Shown here: piece after piece, positions 26,740 through 38,945 of the stretch
Layout: the number at the start of each line of letters is the position of its first letter
How positions within the stretch are numbered: the first letter of the stretch is position 1
From: Felis catus
Lineage: Eukaryota
DNA: 64,000 bases
Direction of reading: 5' to 3'
Assembly: GCF_018350175.1 (NCBI RefSeq)
Contig: NC_058368.1
Location: forward strand, 229,836,001 to 229,900,000
The notes under the pieces: generated by a model
Seen by the model: the letters and a program-made list of their open reading frames with translations, nothing else
The model's database searches: none
Told to the model about the DNA's origin: nothing
Program-made: the position numbers and the translations under genes

Positions 26740-27559
26740 GTACGGTAAAACATTCTTTAGGAAAATAATCAGTTAGAAAGTAGAGAGAGGTGTGAGTACC
26801 AGTTATATGCCCTGTGATCAAATGTGATCGTTGTGGTGCATTGTGAGTGTCATTCAGTGTGGACAAATTCAAAGGGAAAAGAAGCAAATAAAACTTTTTT
26901 AAGTATAGATGATAAATCAGTTGTAAACCTGATTTACAGGTTTTTACACAATTATCCCTTGTGTAAATTATCTGTCAAATAGATTTCAGAGAAAAGCAGA
27001 TGTTTGCTCTTGTATGCTGTCTGTTTCAGAACCCATCTTAATATAGGTTATATTCAGAAAGTACCTTGTGCTTTTATCAGATATTCCTCATGTTGTAATA
27101 TTTGCTGTAAAAAGATGAAGTGAAATAAAAAGCAAAAGTGAAATGTTGGGGACGAGAGGTTCTCAGCGTTGGATTGTAGGCTACCTGACTGCAGGGCCGG
27201 GTGCGGTTCATTTCTCCGCATTCCTCGGGATCCCCAGGACTTGGTTGTGGCTTTGGTTAAATTGTCAGTGTTTGGTGAGTGATCACATTAGGGAATTTGT
27301 AGATTAGAATGACAGTGGAAAAGCCAGCCAGAAACTGGAAAGGCACGGACTTTTTAATTTCATCTGGGCTGGAGTTCAACAGTGTTTCTATTTAGTTCCC
27401 TCCCCTGTAAATGAGATTAGTGTTCTCTATCTTACCTACTTGCTGGGAAAGTTGAGATGATGTTTGTAAAACACCTGGTGACTGTAATAACTGGTGTGTG
27501 TTGATGTACTTGTGCTCTTCTACACCTGTAGTGAAAACAGTTAGTATGAGAGTTAATAC

Positions 27560-28624
27560 AAGAAGTTGCTTCGGGCAAGATCAAAGAGGTTTTTGGCTGC
27601 TTTCTCCTCGAGGATTTTGATGGCTTCCTGTCTTACATTGAGGTCTTTCATCCATTTTGAGTTTCTTTTTGTGGATGGTGTAAGAAAGTGGTCCAGGTTC
27701 ATTCTTCTTCATGTCGCTGTCCAGTTTTCCCAGCACCACTTGCTGAAGAGACTGTCTTTATTCTATTGGATATTCTTTCCTGCTTTGTCAAAGATGAGTT
27801 GGCCATATGTGTGTGGGTCAATTTCTGGGTTCTCTATTCTGTTCCATTGATCTGAATGTCTGTTCCTGTGCCAGTCCCATACTGTCTTGATGATTACAGG
27901 TTTGTAGTGTAGCTTGAAGTCCGTGATTGTGATGCTTCCTGCTTTGGTTTTCTTTTTCAAGATCGCTTTGGCTATTCGGGGTCTTTTCTGGTTCCATACA
28001 AATTTTAGGATTATTTGTGCTAGCTCTGTGAAGAATGCTGGTGTTACTTTGATAGGGATTGCATTGAATATGTAGATTGCTTTGGGTAGTATTGACATTT
28101 TAACAATATTTGTTCTTCCTATCCAGGAGCATGGAATTTTTTCCCATTTTTTTGTGTCTTCTTCAATTTCTTTCATAACCTTTTTATAGTTTCCAGTGTA
28201 TAGATTTTTCACCTCTTTGGTTAGATTTATTCCTATGTATTTTATGGTTTTTTGTGCAACTGTAAATGGGATTGATTCCTTGATTTCTCTTTCTGTCGCT
28301 TCATTGTTGGTATATAGGAATGCAACCGATTTCTGTGCATTGATTTTATATACTACAACTTTGCTGAATTCATGAATCAATTCTAGTAGTTTTCTGGTGG
28401 AATCTTTTGGGTTTTCCATATAGAGTATCATGTCACCTGTGAAGAGTGAAAGTTTGACCTCTCCCTGGCCAATTTGAATGTCTTTTATTTCTTTGTGTTG
28501 TCTGATTGCAGAGGCTAAGACTTCCAATACTATGTTGAGTAACAGTCGCGAGAGTGGACATACCTATCTTGTTCCTGACCTTAGGAGGAAAGCTTTCAGT
28601 TTTTCCCCATTGAGGATGATATTG
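27560..28624 (-). mobile_element. Inverted 5' segment of a LINE-1 (ORF2 RT and downstream region; non-functional)
   Basis: Contains the 254-aa ORF at 27763-28527 ([14 protein letters not shown]...[12 protein letters not shown]...[14 protein letters not shown]...QWNRIENPE). The RT FADD motif reads FTGD, and in-frame TAG stops flank the ORF. Confidence 0.95.
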
Positions 28625-28629
28625 GTGTT

Positions 28630-29106
28630 GCACTATCAACAATAGCCAAAGTATGGAAAGAGCCCAAATGTCCATCGATGAATGAATGGATAAAGAAAAC
28701 GTCATATATATATATATATGATGGAGTATTACTCGGCAATTAAAAAGAATGAAATCTTGCCATTAGCAACTACGTGGTTGGAACTGGAGGGTATTATGCT
28801 AAGTGAAATCAGTCAGTCAGAAAAAGACAAAAATCCTATGACTTCACTCATATGAGGACTTTAAGAGACAAAAAAGATGAACATAAGGGAAGGTAAACAA
28901 AAATAATATAAAAACAGGGAGGGGGACAAAGCAGAAGAGACTCATAAATGTGAAAAACAAACTGAGGGTTGCTGGAGGGGTTGTGGGAGGCGCGATGGGC
29001 TAAATGGGTAAGGGGCATTAAGGAATCTACTCCTGAAATCACTGTTTCACTATATGCTAGCTAATTTGGATGTAAATTTAAAAAAATAAAAAATAAAACT
29101 AAAAAA
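28630..29106 (+). mobile_element. Sense 3' segment of the same LINE-1 (ORF2 end, 3'UTR, A tail)
   Basis: gcactatcaacaatagccaaagtatggaaagagcccaaatgtcc ... ctatatgctagctaatttggatgtaaattt plus A-rich tail. Confidence 0.92.
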
Positions 29107-30900
29107 TATATGAGATACTATAAGTATAATTGGGAAAAAAAAGAAAATGGAGCAGTTGGTTTGCAACAAGGTTAAGGAGGTTATAACATTTAAGTTTGAA
29201 GGAAATAGTGAGCCCCTTATTGGTTAAAGAAATTCTCATGGAAATCCATGGACCTTACTGTCCTTGTTCTCCACCTACTCAGAAATGACTGGTTAGCTTT
29301 GGGTGGGCTCCTTGGGCCATTGGTGACATCATTGGCCTGTCTTTTTGAAGGCCTGGCCCTGGTGAAGTCATAGAGAAGGAAGGCACAATCTATATTAAAC
29401 ATCTCTGGCGTCAGCTTTTTGTGCCAGTGTCATCGCTCCGTGGAAAAGCCTTTGCCAACCTCTCCCAACCTCCTCATTCCTCTCCTTGTTGGATACCTTG
29501 AGATAATGTGTAACCGGGGGTGGGTGTGCTAGGTGGGGACTTTTCCGGACTTGGGGATGGGGATCTGTGGATTCAACGACATTCTACCATCACAGGTTTG
29601 CTGGCTGTGGGCTCTCACTTAGGGGAGACGAGAGGTGCCGTTTCATTGAGTGGTCACCATAGACTCAGCACTCCCCAGGTGAGAGGGCAGATGGAGGATG
29701 CATGGTGGCTTTGGGGGCAGTGCAGTGTGAGCAGAGGCAAACTCCCCCCTGCCTGAGTGAAGACTGGAGGCCATTCCCTTCCTGAGGTCCTGCCAGTCAC
29801 TGGCAGAGTTGGGGAATGCTAAGCAAAGAGTGAAGGACCACATCTCCTTCCCTGGGCTTACTGAACTTGACTATGAAAAAGAAGTGTGGTGGCTGGCTGG
29901 CATTGTGTTGAATTTCTGGTTTCTGGGAACTATGAGAGATGGGTCCAGCCTGTGCCTGGGAGCTCAGAATTGTGTAGCAGGGGCAGATGAGGGTGGCTTT
30001 CAACTTCCCGGGGGCCCTATGGTGTGGTGTTCCTAAACAAGTGACTTGGCAGTCCAGAGGGGATCATCTGGAGGACTTGGCCCTGGCTCCAAGGGTCTAT
30101 TGATGCCCAAGGCAGATGCTGTGAGCTGAGCAGCTCTCACAGGTGCTTTCCGGAAGCTTAATGAGTGGGAGCCCCTTACAGGAAGGAGACCTCACACTCA
30201 ACAGGGAAAGTCACTTGAAGCCCCCCCCCCTTTTCCTTGTCCTTCTTTTGTCCTCTCCCAAATCCTCAAAGTGGAAGAGAGAGAGGAGATAGGTTACAGG
30301 GTATGGCCTCTACCCTCCTTAATACTAAAGAAAGGAAGATTGACTTTAGAACGATGTTAGAGTCTTAAAATCCACAAGTATTAATTCTTCTTAACTGAAA
30401 TTAGACGGTTTAAGTAACCAAAAATCACTGAAAATTTAATAAATTTAGACAAAACTTTTTTTAAGGAAACCAGCCACGCAGCAGGAAAGGGAAGGTTGAC
30501 AAATGATCGCAGGTAGAAGTAACTGGGAAAAAATAAGACCATTTGATATTGAAACCTCAAAAAGTAGTGATTCCTCACATAGCCAAGGTAGATATTTGAA
30601 TTCCAGGAGAAGCCGTGATAATAGCTGACCTCCATCTAAGTGACTTATTAAGACTGCCAACTCATAACTGATATAACCCATATTTTATGTGGATGGAGGT
30701 CAGCAGCTTCCCGGGCGCTGGCTCTCCACGAGGCTACCTATGGATTCTTCCCCAAGGGCTTGTTTGTGCCTGTTGTGTTCCCATGAATAGGTCATTTAGC
30801 TGAACAATACATAAAGCAATGGGATGGGAGGGCAAGGTGAAACCTATTGTTTCAGTGAGAGCTACCATACATGCTGGAAGGTGAGAAGAAAAAAGCTGTT

Positions 30901-31709
30901 ATATCCTTTGGATAAATACCTGTTAATGCAATTGCTGGGCCGTGGACTAGTTCTATTTTTAATTTTTTGAGGAACCTCCATACTGGTTTCCAGAGTGGCT
31001 TGCTGATTCGAATGGGCACATGCCCCCAGTGTTTATATCAGTGCTGTCAACAATAGCCAAATTATGAAAAGAGCCCAAATGGCCATTGACTGATGGATGG
31101 ATGAAGAAGATGTGATGTAATATATACACAATGGAATACTAATTGGTGATGAAAAGGAATGTAATTTTGCCATTCGCAACAACATGGCTGGAAGTGGAGG
31201 GTACTGTGCTAAGTGAAAGAAATCAGTCAGAGAAAGACAGATATTATATGATTTCACTCATAGGTGGAATTTGAGAAACACAACAGATGAACATAGGGGA
31301 AGGGGAGGAAAAATAAGATAAAAACAGAGAGGGAGGGAAACCGTAAGAGACTTTTAAATACAGAGAACAAACTGAGGGTTGCTGGAGGGGCGGTGGATGG
31401 GGGGATAGGTTAAATGGGTGATGAGCATCAAAGAGGACACTTTTGGGGATGAACACTGGGTGTCATATGTAAGGGATGAATCACTGGGTTCCATTCCTGA
31501 AGCCAAGACTACACTGTATGTTAACTAACTTGAATTTAAATTAAAAAAAAAAAAAAGATTCTGGGGAAGGTGCAGGTATCTGCTCATCCTGCAGCCACCT
31601 AAGACAAGCCAGCAAGCCCCTTGTATAGGTTTCCTTGCTTATAAAACGACCACATACCAAAAAAAAAAAAAAAAGAAAAGAAAAAAAAGAAAAAGAAAAA
31701 GAAAAAAAA
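30901..31709 (+). mobile_element. 5'-inverted, 5'-truncated LINE-1 with 3' transduction and two poly(A) tails
   Basis: Inverted L1 30901-31000, sense L1 31001-31542, poly(A) 31543-31556, non-L1 31557-31658, second A tail 31659-31709. Flanks gaaaaaagctgtt (30888-30900) and aaaaatagctgtt (ending 31717). Confidence 0.88.
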
Positions 31710-32063
31710 TAGCTGTTGGATTAGGGTGTGTTATGAAGGCAATAAAAAGTATGGTAAAAAAAAAATCATAAAGTCCAAAATTGGTCTGCACTCACTCTGT
31801 TTCACAGTTTTGACATTGAATTCCCTACACCTCTGATAATTAACTAAAATGTGCGCTTACAGAAGATGCAGCATGTATCACAGGTCACGCACGAAGATGT
31901 TGTTGCCTTCTGATCTGAGGTCCAGACCCCAAAGGGACCTGTCTTTCTATGGAAAGATGAGAGAGCGAGTGTACATCATGTTGTAAGTTTAAAAAAAAAA
32001 ATTAAAGGATTCTATCAAAATTTGTCAGTTGTTTTGCTTTAACTGGTTTTCTCACTTTTTTTT

Positions 32064-32612
32064 TAGTAAACTTTTTTATTTTAGAACACTTTTCGATTTA
32101 CAGAGCTGTGAGAAAATAGTTCAGAGAGTTTCCATATGCTTCACACTCAGTTTTCCCTATTATCAACATCTAACATTCCTGTGTTTCATTTGTCACAATT
32201 AATGAAGCAATATTGGTACATGATTACTAACTGAAGTTCATAGTTTATTCAGATTTCGTCAGTTTTTTCCTAATTTTTTGTTGTTGTTGTTGTTGTTCTG
32301 GGATCTCATTCAGGATACCATGTTACATGTAGTAGTTATGTCTTCTAGTCTCCTCTTGGCAGGGCGGTTTTCCTGACCTTCCTTATTTTTGATGACCTTT
32401 GATGTCCGTGGCAGTTTTGAGGAGTGCTGGTCAGGTATTTTTTAGAATATCCCTCCACTGGCATTTATCTGAAGTTCTGATCATGATTCAACTGAGGTTA
32501 TGGGGTTTGAAAGGAAGACCACAGATAAAGCATCATTCCTGTGAAGGTTACTTCCTGTCAACATGACTTCTCTCTATTGATGTTGACTTTGATCCCTGGC
32601 TGGGGTTGCTGC
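32064..32612 (-). mobile_element. Old LINE-1 3' end (L1MC4-like)
   Basis: taaacttttttattttagaa...gatttacaga, catttgtcacaattaatgaa, caggataccatgttacat, ttttgaggagtgctggtcaggtattt. Confidence 0.75.
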
Positions 32613-34535
32613 TCAAAGTCACCTGGAGAATCCACCGACCGTTCGCATTTTTGGGCCTGGAGATTTTGATTCCAAAATTAAAAGATACATTTGGCAACTG
32701 GTTGGTTAAAATAGTGCAAGGAATGTCATAGGTAATAAACACCATTAGGATCTTTGAGCTCTGAAATTCTTTTATTCTGGGGCAACCTTAAAACTAAGTA
32801 TCAGGTGCTGAAACTTACACTGGTATGGACTAGCAGTTCTCAACTACTTAGGTATATCAGAATCAAAATCAATCAGAATTGTAGAGCTAAAATAGAAATA
32901 CACGAGGGCCAAGGGTCATCGAGAGAGTCAGGGCCTGGGTGTTTGTGTTTACCAAATTTTTCAGGTGAATTCTGACATGACAGACATTTGAACACTAAAA
33001 ATAAAAATTTTGGCTGCAGGACACTTTGGGCAGGGGGAGAGGGGGAGATACCTGTTGTGTTTTCTTGTCTTACATCCGGTTCTCTACTTTAGGTATAGAT
33101 CCTAATGCTTGTTAGTGAAGCCCTTTCTCATTTGTATGGTTGCCTCTGTCTAAGACTCAGCAGTGAAGCCTTGACTCAAGCTTGGTCAATGAACCAAGTC
33201 CATTTTCCTGATTTCAGAACTTGATCAGGGCTGGAAACATGAACCAAGTTGACCATGTTAACTGAAGTGAAGCAAATGAATGGGAAATATGAATATGAAC
33301 ATTGCATCTAACAAATTCAGTGTTTTGAACATTGATGTACGAAATGCCAAGGTAAACTTGACTCAAGAGGTGTTTTGTAATCAATAGTCAATGAACTGAT
33401 TATGTAGTTATGGCAGAATGCCATCTTCGGATTAATGATAGATGGCTATTGTTAAAGTAATTGTGCACAAAGGCCCCGTTTGTTGAAGAGAAAGGTGATT
33501 CATTTGTAGCTGAGAGACAAACTCACATGCCAAGAGATGTTTCCTGACATTTTGTTCATGTGAAGGTCAATTATGGTAATTTATTTAAGCAATTCATTGA
33601 GTATATTAAAACAAAGTGACTGAAAGTGAGGATGTGCTTATACAATTAAGGTTTTGGAACAAAAGGATGCCACACCTATGTATGTCATGAGTGTTACATG
33701 TTTATTGAGACTTACTTAATGAAGATACTTTTTAACAAGCAATCATCCCTAGATTATCCTTTTTGACAATCTAGATTTTATATACTGTTTTTATTGGAAG
33801 CACCGATAGCTAGTAATATAACTTACCTAATTTTTTATTATGGGATGCCTCATGGTTCTCAATTATTCAGTTATTTTGATCATTCTAATTAAGGACTTGT
33901 AACTAAAGAATGTTTAAAAATAAAATATTTCTATCCTCTGCTATTCAAGATTATGCCCCCCTCCCTTTATGAAGGAACAGGCAATTTTTATTTGCTACAT
34001 GATTAACTTGGGAACATCTCCCTGGGATAAAGCATCCTATCGTAGCTAAAGTCAGATATATTTTGTGGGGAAATCCCAGATTAGTCGCTCCTCAGCCATT
34101 TGTGAGGTTGAGTATGTTCATCAATCTAAGTCATAGTTTTCTCATCTATGAAATAATTGGGATATTTATTTGGTATCCCATTTCTGATTCTGCAGATTAA
34201 AAACAGCATAGCAGTATGCCTATCATATAGTACATGTTCACATATCGTGGCTGTTTTAGAGTCCATAGACTGCATCTGTTACTTCTTTGTGTCTCTGTTC
34301 CTATAGAAACACTTGCATGTCCGGCAGAGGAGGCACATGATTAGGAATTAAATTAATAGAAACTATTATCGACAATACATTGTTGGTAGAATGGGAGGTG
34401 ATCATTTCGAACCCCAGTGTTTTCAACACGTCTTGCTAACTGGCTGAAGAAGGGGAGGTCTTTCCTCTGTGCTCTGCCTTGCTTTTTCATGACCACAGCA
34501 AAACCAAGATTTGGGTGTCTTTCCCACTCCCCGGG

Positions 34536-34974
34536 TGTATTTGTTCCCTAAGGTTGCTGCAAAAAATGACCACAAACTGAGTGGCTTAAAGCAATAGAAA
34601 TCTGTTCTCTCTCAGTTCCGTGGGTAGAAGTCCTAAGTGAATGTGTCAGAAGGGCCAGCCATCCCCCTTCTGAAGACTCTAGGGGAGACTCCTTCCTTGT
34701 CTCTTCCAGCCTCAGTCGGCTGCTGGTAATTGTTGGCATTCCTTGCCTTGTGGCGGCATACTTCAGTCTCTGCCTCCATCATCGTATCATTTTCTTCTAT
34801 GTATGTCTGTGTCCAAATTTTCCTCTTTTTAAGGACACCAGGCATTGGATTAGCTCACACCCTAATCCAGTATGACCTCATCTAAACTTATGTATGCAAA
34901 GGCCTTATTTCCAAATATCACATTCACAGGTTCCAGGTTGACAACTTTTGGGGGATACTGCTCCAAACAGTGCA
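34536..34974 (-). mobile_element. MaLR solo LTR (MLT1C-like)
   Basis: tgtatttgttccctaaggttgctg...accacaaactgagtggcttaaagcaatagaaat...aaggacaccaggcattggattag...tatgacctcatcta. Confidence 0.88.
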
Positions 34975-35495
34975 CCAAGGCTTCCGACACATGCTCCATC
35001 CCTTGTCCCTTCTGGAAACCCTGGCTTCTCACACGCTTTGCCCCTCTGACTCCCCTGCAAGCAACAGCAGCCCCCCTGAGAACAACCCGTAGCCCTCCCT
35101 GAAGTTCTACGGGAACGGAAAAGACCAAATTCTATTTGTGATATTACCTGCATTGACTTATTAGTTGTAAATATCCCAAGTTGTAAATTTTCCATGGGGA
35201 AATATTCTCCGTGGGAGAGTGATATCAAATAGCAAGAGAATTGGGGAAAATGCAATGGAGGGACATTTGTAACAGGTACTGAGTGTCCAATGGTATGAAG
35301 ATCTAAACCCGCCTGAGCTCATCTCATGTGAGGATAGTGCTCAGCATTCTCTCAGTTTTACAGGTGAGGAAATGGATGTTTCAGTTACATGACTTCTCCA
35401 AGGTCCCACAGCTAATACATGGCAGAGAGAATTGTATGTCCAGTTTTCTCCAATGCAAATGTTCAAGTCCCTTCCTCTTCTCCAAGAATTTAGGA

Positions 35496-35502
35496 TATAT
35501 AT

Positions 35503-35543
<41 letters not shown>

Positions 35544-35736
35544 TATATATAAGCATATATATACATATTATATATATAAGCATATATATAATATGTATAT
35601 ATATATCTGTATATGTATATATCTGTATATGTATGTATGTGTGTATATATATCTCTCTCTACATATATATGTATTTACATATATACGTATATATACATAT
35701 ACATATATATATATACATATATACACACACACACAC
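35496..35736. repeat. Compound (TA)n/(TATG)/(CA)n low-complexity tract
   Basis: About 240 bp of mostly alternating purine-pyrimidine sequence; source of the YIYI pseudo-ORFs. Confidence 0.95.
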
Positions 35737-37711
35737 AAACTTTTTTCTCTTTTAACTGCCCACTGAATTTCTATGATATTTTCTTATGATGGAATAATTC
35801 CTGAAAAGACATTGTGATGAAAACGATGTTTTCCCCTACCCTTGTAAGTGCTATTTGTCACACACATATTTCACACATATACTCTTCATCCTCTTTATTT
35901 TGCTGTCTTTGATAACAATGCTTTCTGACCACTACTTGCAACTTATTCAAATGAGATGTGCGTCCTGAGGGGATTCCAGAAGGCAAGCTAGGATGGATGT
36001 GGATGGAAGAAGCGAGGGACTGGTGACTGCATTTCCAGCTAAGGAGTATTATAGTCAGAACGTTGCAGCAGTTGAAATTAGTTGTTAGGGACGGTCTCCT
36101 CGATATGCAGAAAAAGACTGTCGGGTAACACAAAGTAGAGTAGTGTGATACAGTTGGAAAAACACATCCCTTCAGTCAAGACGGAGGTATATTTTATTTC
36201 CAGTTTGCAAATGACAATTTAAGTGACTGCTCATCAACATGGCTAGCGTGTAACCAGTGATTCTGACAAAAGCCGGCATTATTTTGTTCTCTGTCTAGAA
36301 ATAAGCAAATTGACTTGACTTGAAATATATTCCAGTGAACTATGCTGTGTGTTTATCGACTAATAAAAGACACAGTAACGTTAAGGCTTATTCAGTTGTT
36401 GTTGTTGCTGTTGTTGTTGTTTTGTTTTAAGCTAATACTTGAATTGCCTTCTGCTCAATAGTTTTCCTGACCACATTCAGTCCTACAGATTCATGTACTG
36501 TCTCTTCTTGCTTGACAACATATTCAGTATTTTATCTCCTCTAACAAATTGTTTAGAATAGCAAGTACAAAACAAAAAGAGAAAACAACCCTAGTGTGCA
36601 TTCTCTTAGTATTAAAAGAAAGAATTTAATGGCTTCTACATAATGACTTTCTTTTAATATTGATTGGGTATAAATTTCCGTGTTTTTCATATGGTTCTTT
36701 ATTTGGTCCTGATTTGTGGAAACTAGTTGTAAAAGAAAACAACATTGTCAGAGCTCTGTCCTAAAACAGCACCTGGAGTGAAGGCTGAGTTTGGCATAAC
36801 TGATTCTGCATTGCAATAGTTTTTAAGTCAATTGGCGATATTATGTATTAAATAAAAATGAACTGTTTGGGGCAATATTATTACTATTGCCCAAAGTAGG
36901 AAACCTAAAAAGAACTGAATTTTACTGCTTGAAAAAAATCATTATATTTGCATGGGCTTACAAACATATTTAAATTCACATGCGGATGCAATCTTTTTTT
37001 CTTGTTACATTCTACAATGGGTACGTGAACTCGCAGATTAAGTGGGTCGTGTCCAGTGGCCTCCACTGCTATTTGAGGTTGATTTCATGGTGGGCAGACA
37101 CCGTTCAGCACAAAAGCTCCCTCCGTGACACTGTCAATCCAACTTGGCACTGACACCTCAGGGTCTCGTATAGGGTGATGACTTGGGTCATTTTATAGTC
37201 AGTTCTTTGAGGCATCTTCCTTAACTGGTCCACTACATGATTTATCTCAGTTTCTGTAACCATGGCAAATTTGAGTTATGATAAATCATTCTGAGAACTT
37301 CAAATAAATGGCAGAAGATGAATTTCATGACACATATTTTGCTCCCTTGAACCATATTCTAATAAGATATTATAAAATTCTGCTGCAGATGTCGAGGCTC
37401 TCCAATGCCTGACTTAATAGAAACTTTGCTATTATCTGTTGGGCTTTGTGTGACATTTCACTGAAACAAAGGTTTCAGTGGCCAAAAGATCAGGCAACTA
37501 TGTCTGCTCTTCTGAAATTAAAAGGAGTTTACCACCTTTTTAAAGAAAAGGACAACTGTATGTTTCATCTGTATTTAACTCTTTAAAGCAAAATTCTTCA
37601 CCATTTAGAGTTTATATACCTATTTGAGAATTTTCTATAAGTTTGAAACTTAGAAAAATTTACAAATGCATAGGCATGCAGTTTTTCAGAGATAATTTAA
37701 AATATTCAAAG

Positions 37712-37935
37712 TTTTTTTTTTAATTTTTTTTTTCAACGTTTATTTATTTTTGGGACAGAGAGAGACAGAGCATGAACGGGGAGGGGCAGAGAGAGAGGGA
37801 GACACAGAATCGGAAACAGGCTCCAGGCTCTGAGCCATCAGCCCAGAGCCCGACGCGGGGCTCGAACTCACGGACCGCGAGATCGTGACCTGGCTGAAGT
37901 CGGACGCTCAACCGACTGCGCCACCCAGGCGCCTC
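37712..37935 (-). mobile_element. Young feline Can-SINE with TSD
   Basis: Nearly identical to the copy at 4569-4797. TSD ta(a/t)aatattcaaag at 37698-37711 and 37936-37949. Confidence 0.95.
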
Positions 37936-38893
37936 TATAATATTCAAAGATTACTGTAAGCCCTTGAATGCCAAGTCAAGAACTCTTATCTAAATTTTAT
38001 GTGATTATTAATTTTACCACCAGAAAACCTGAGACAAAAAGCCTGCTACTGGCCTTTATATTGTTTATAAAAATGAATTCAACAGAGATATAACTTTAAT
38101 TCTAAAAATAAAACTTTAGAAATAGTTAAGAGAGTGTATGCATAGAATATTGGAAAATCAAAGGCAGACATAATAAAGAATCAATGATTGAATGAAGATT
38201 AAAACATCGAATTTCTAAATAACAAAATCATTGTAAAATGAACTTTTGATGACTAATAGGAAAAAAGTAACTTGATACATATGTATGCTAGTTAGATAGT
38301 TCATCTTTCTCCTATATAATGAAAAATATATAAGAAAAGACTGTCATGATGGTAGAAAAATGGAGAAAGGCCCTGAATGTGCAAACCTTAATAAGAAATA
38401 AAATTGTTCAATGAAATGTTCATTTTCCCTAGTAATTAAAGCCTAATGTAGCTGTTTGTTCTTCAGATCAGCAGACTTAATACAAAAAAAAATCCCAGTA
38501 CCCAGCATGGCATTCTGATGTGCCTACTGAGCCCATAAATCGAACAACCTCCCTGGAGTGAAATTTTTCAGTGTGTTTCCAAAGCCCTAAAACGGTACAT
38601 GGCTTGAGGCAGTAATCCCATTTCAAATAACTTATTTAAGAAAACGGACAAGAAAGCAAAGGTTTCTGTTGCAACCTCTTTTACTAATGGGAAATGGGAG
38701 ACAACTTAAATATTCTAAAAAGCAGATGGAGTAGGTAATTATAATACATCAGCTAATTAGATATGATTGAGTCATTAAAATGACATTGCATAAAATGATT
38801 ACTGATATAGAAGAGCGTCAGAAGAAAATATTAATTGAAGACTGCATATTACAAAGTAACTACAGAATTTTGTTTGTATTGTGAAAAATATCA

Positions 38894-38901
38894 TATATAT
38901 G

Positions 38902-38940
<39 letters not shown>
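38894..38940. repeat. (TA)n microsatellite
   Basis: Direct TA run. Confidence 0.93.

Positions 38941-38945
<5 letters not shown>

Noticed and set aside
27763..28527. Longest ORF (254 aa) as a functional reverse transcriptase or domesticated gene
   Set aside because: It is an internal L1 ORF2 fragment bounded by nonsense codons, with the catalytic FADD changed to FTGD and no true ATG start.
35341..35755. YIYIYI-repeat ORFs
   Set aside because: Microsatellite translation artefacts.
36866..37480. Two small hairpins (gggcaata/tattgccc near 36870-36892; cactgaaac/gtttcagtg at 37459-37480)
   Set aside because: Stems of 8-9 bp are expected occasionally by chance; no ncRNA box motifs seen.
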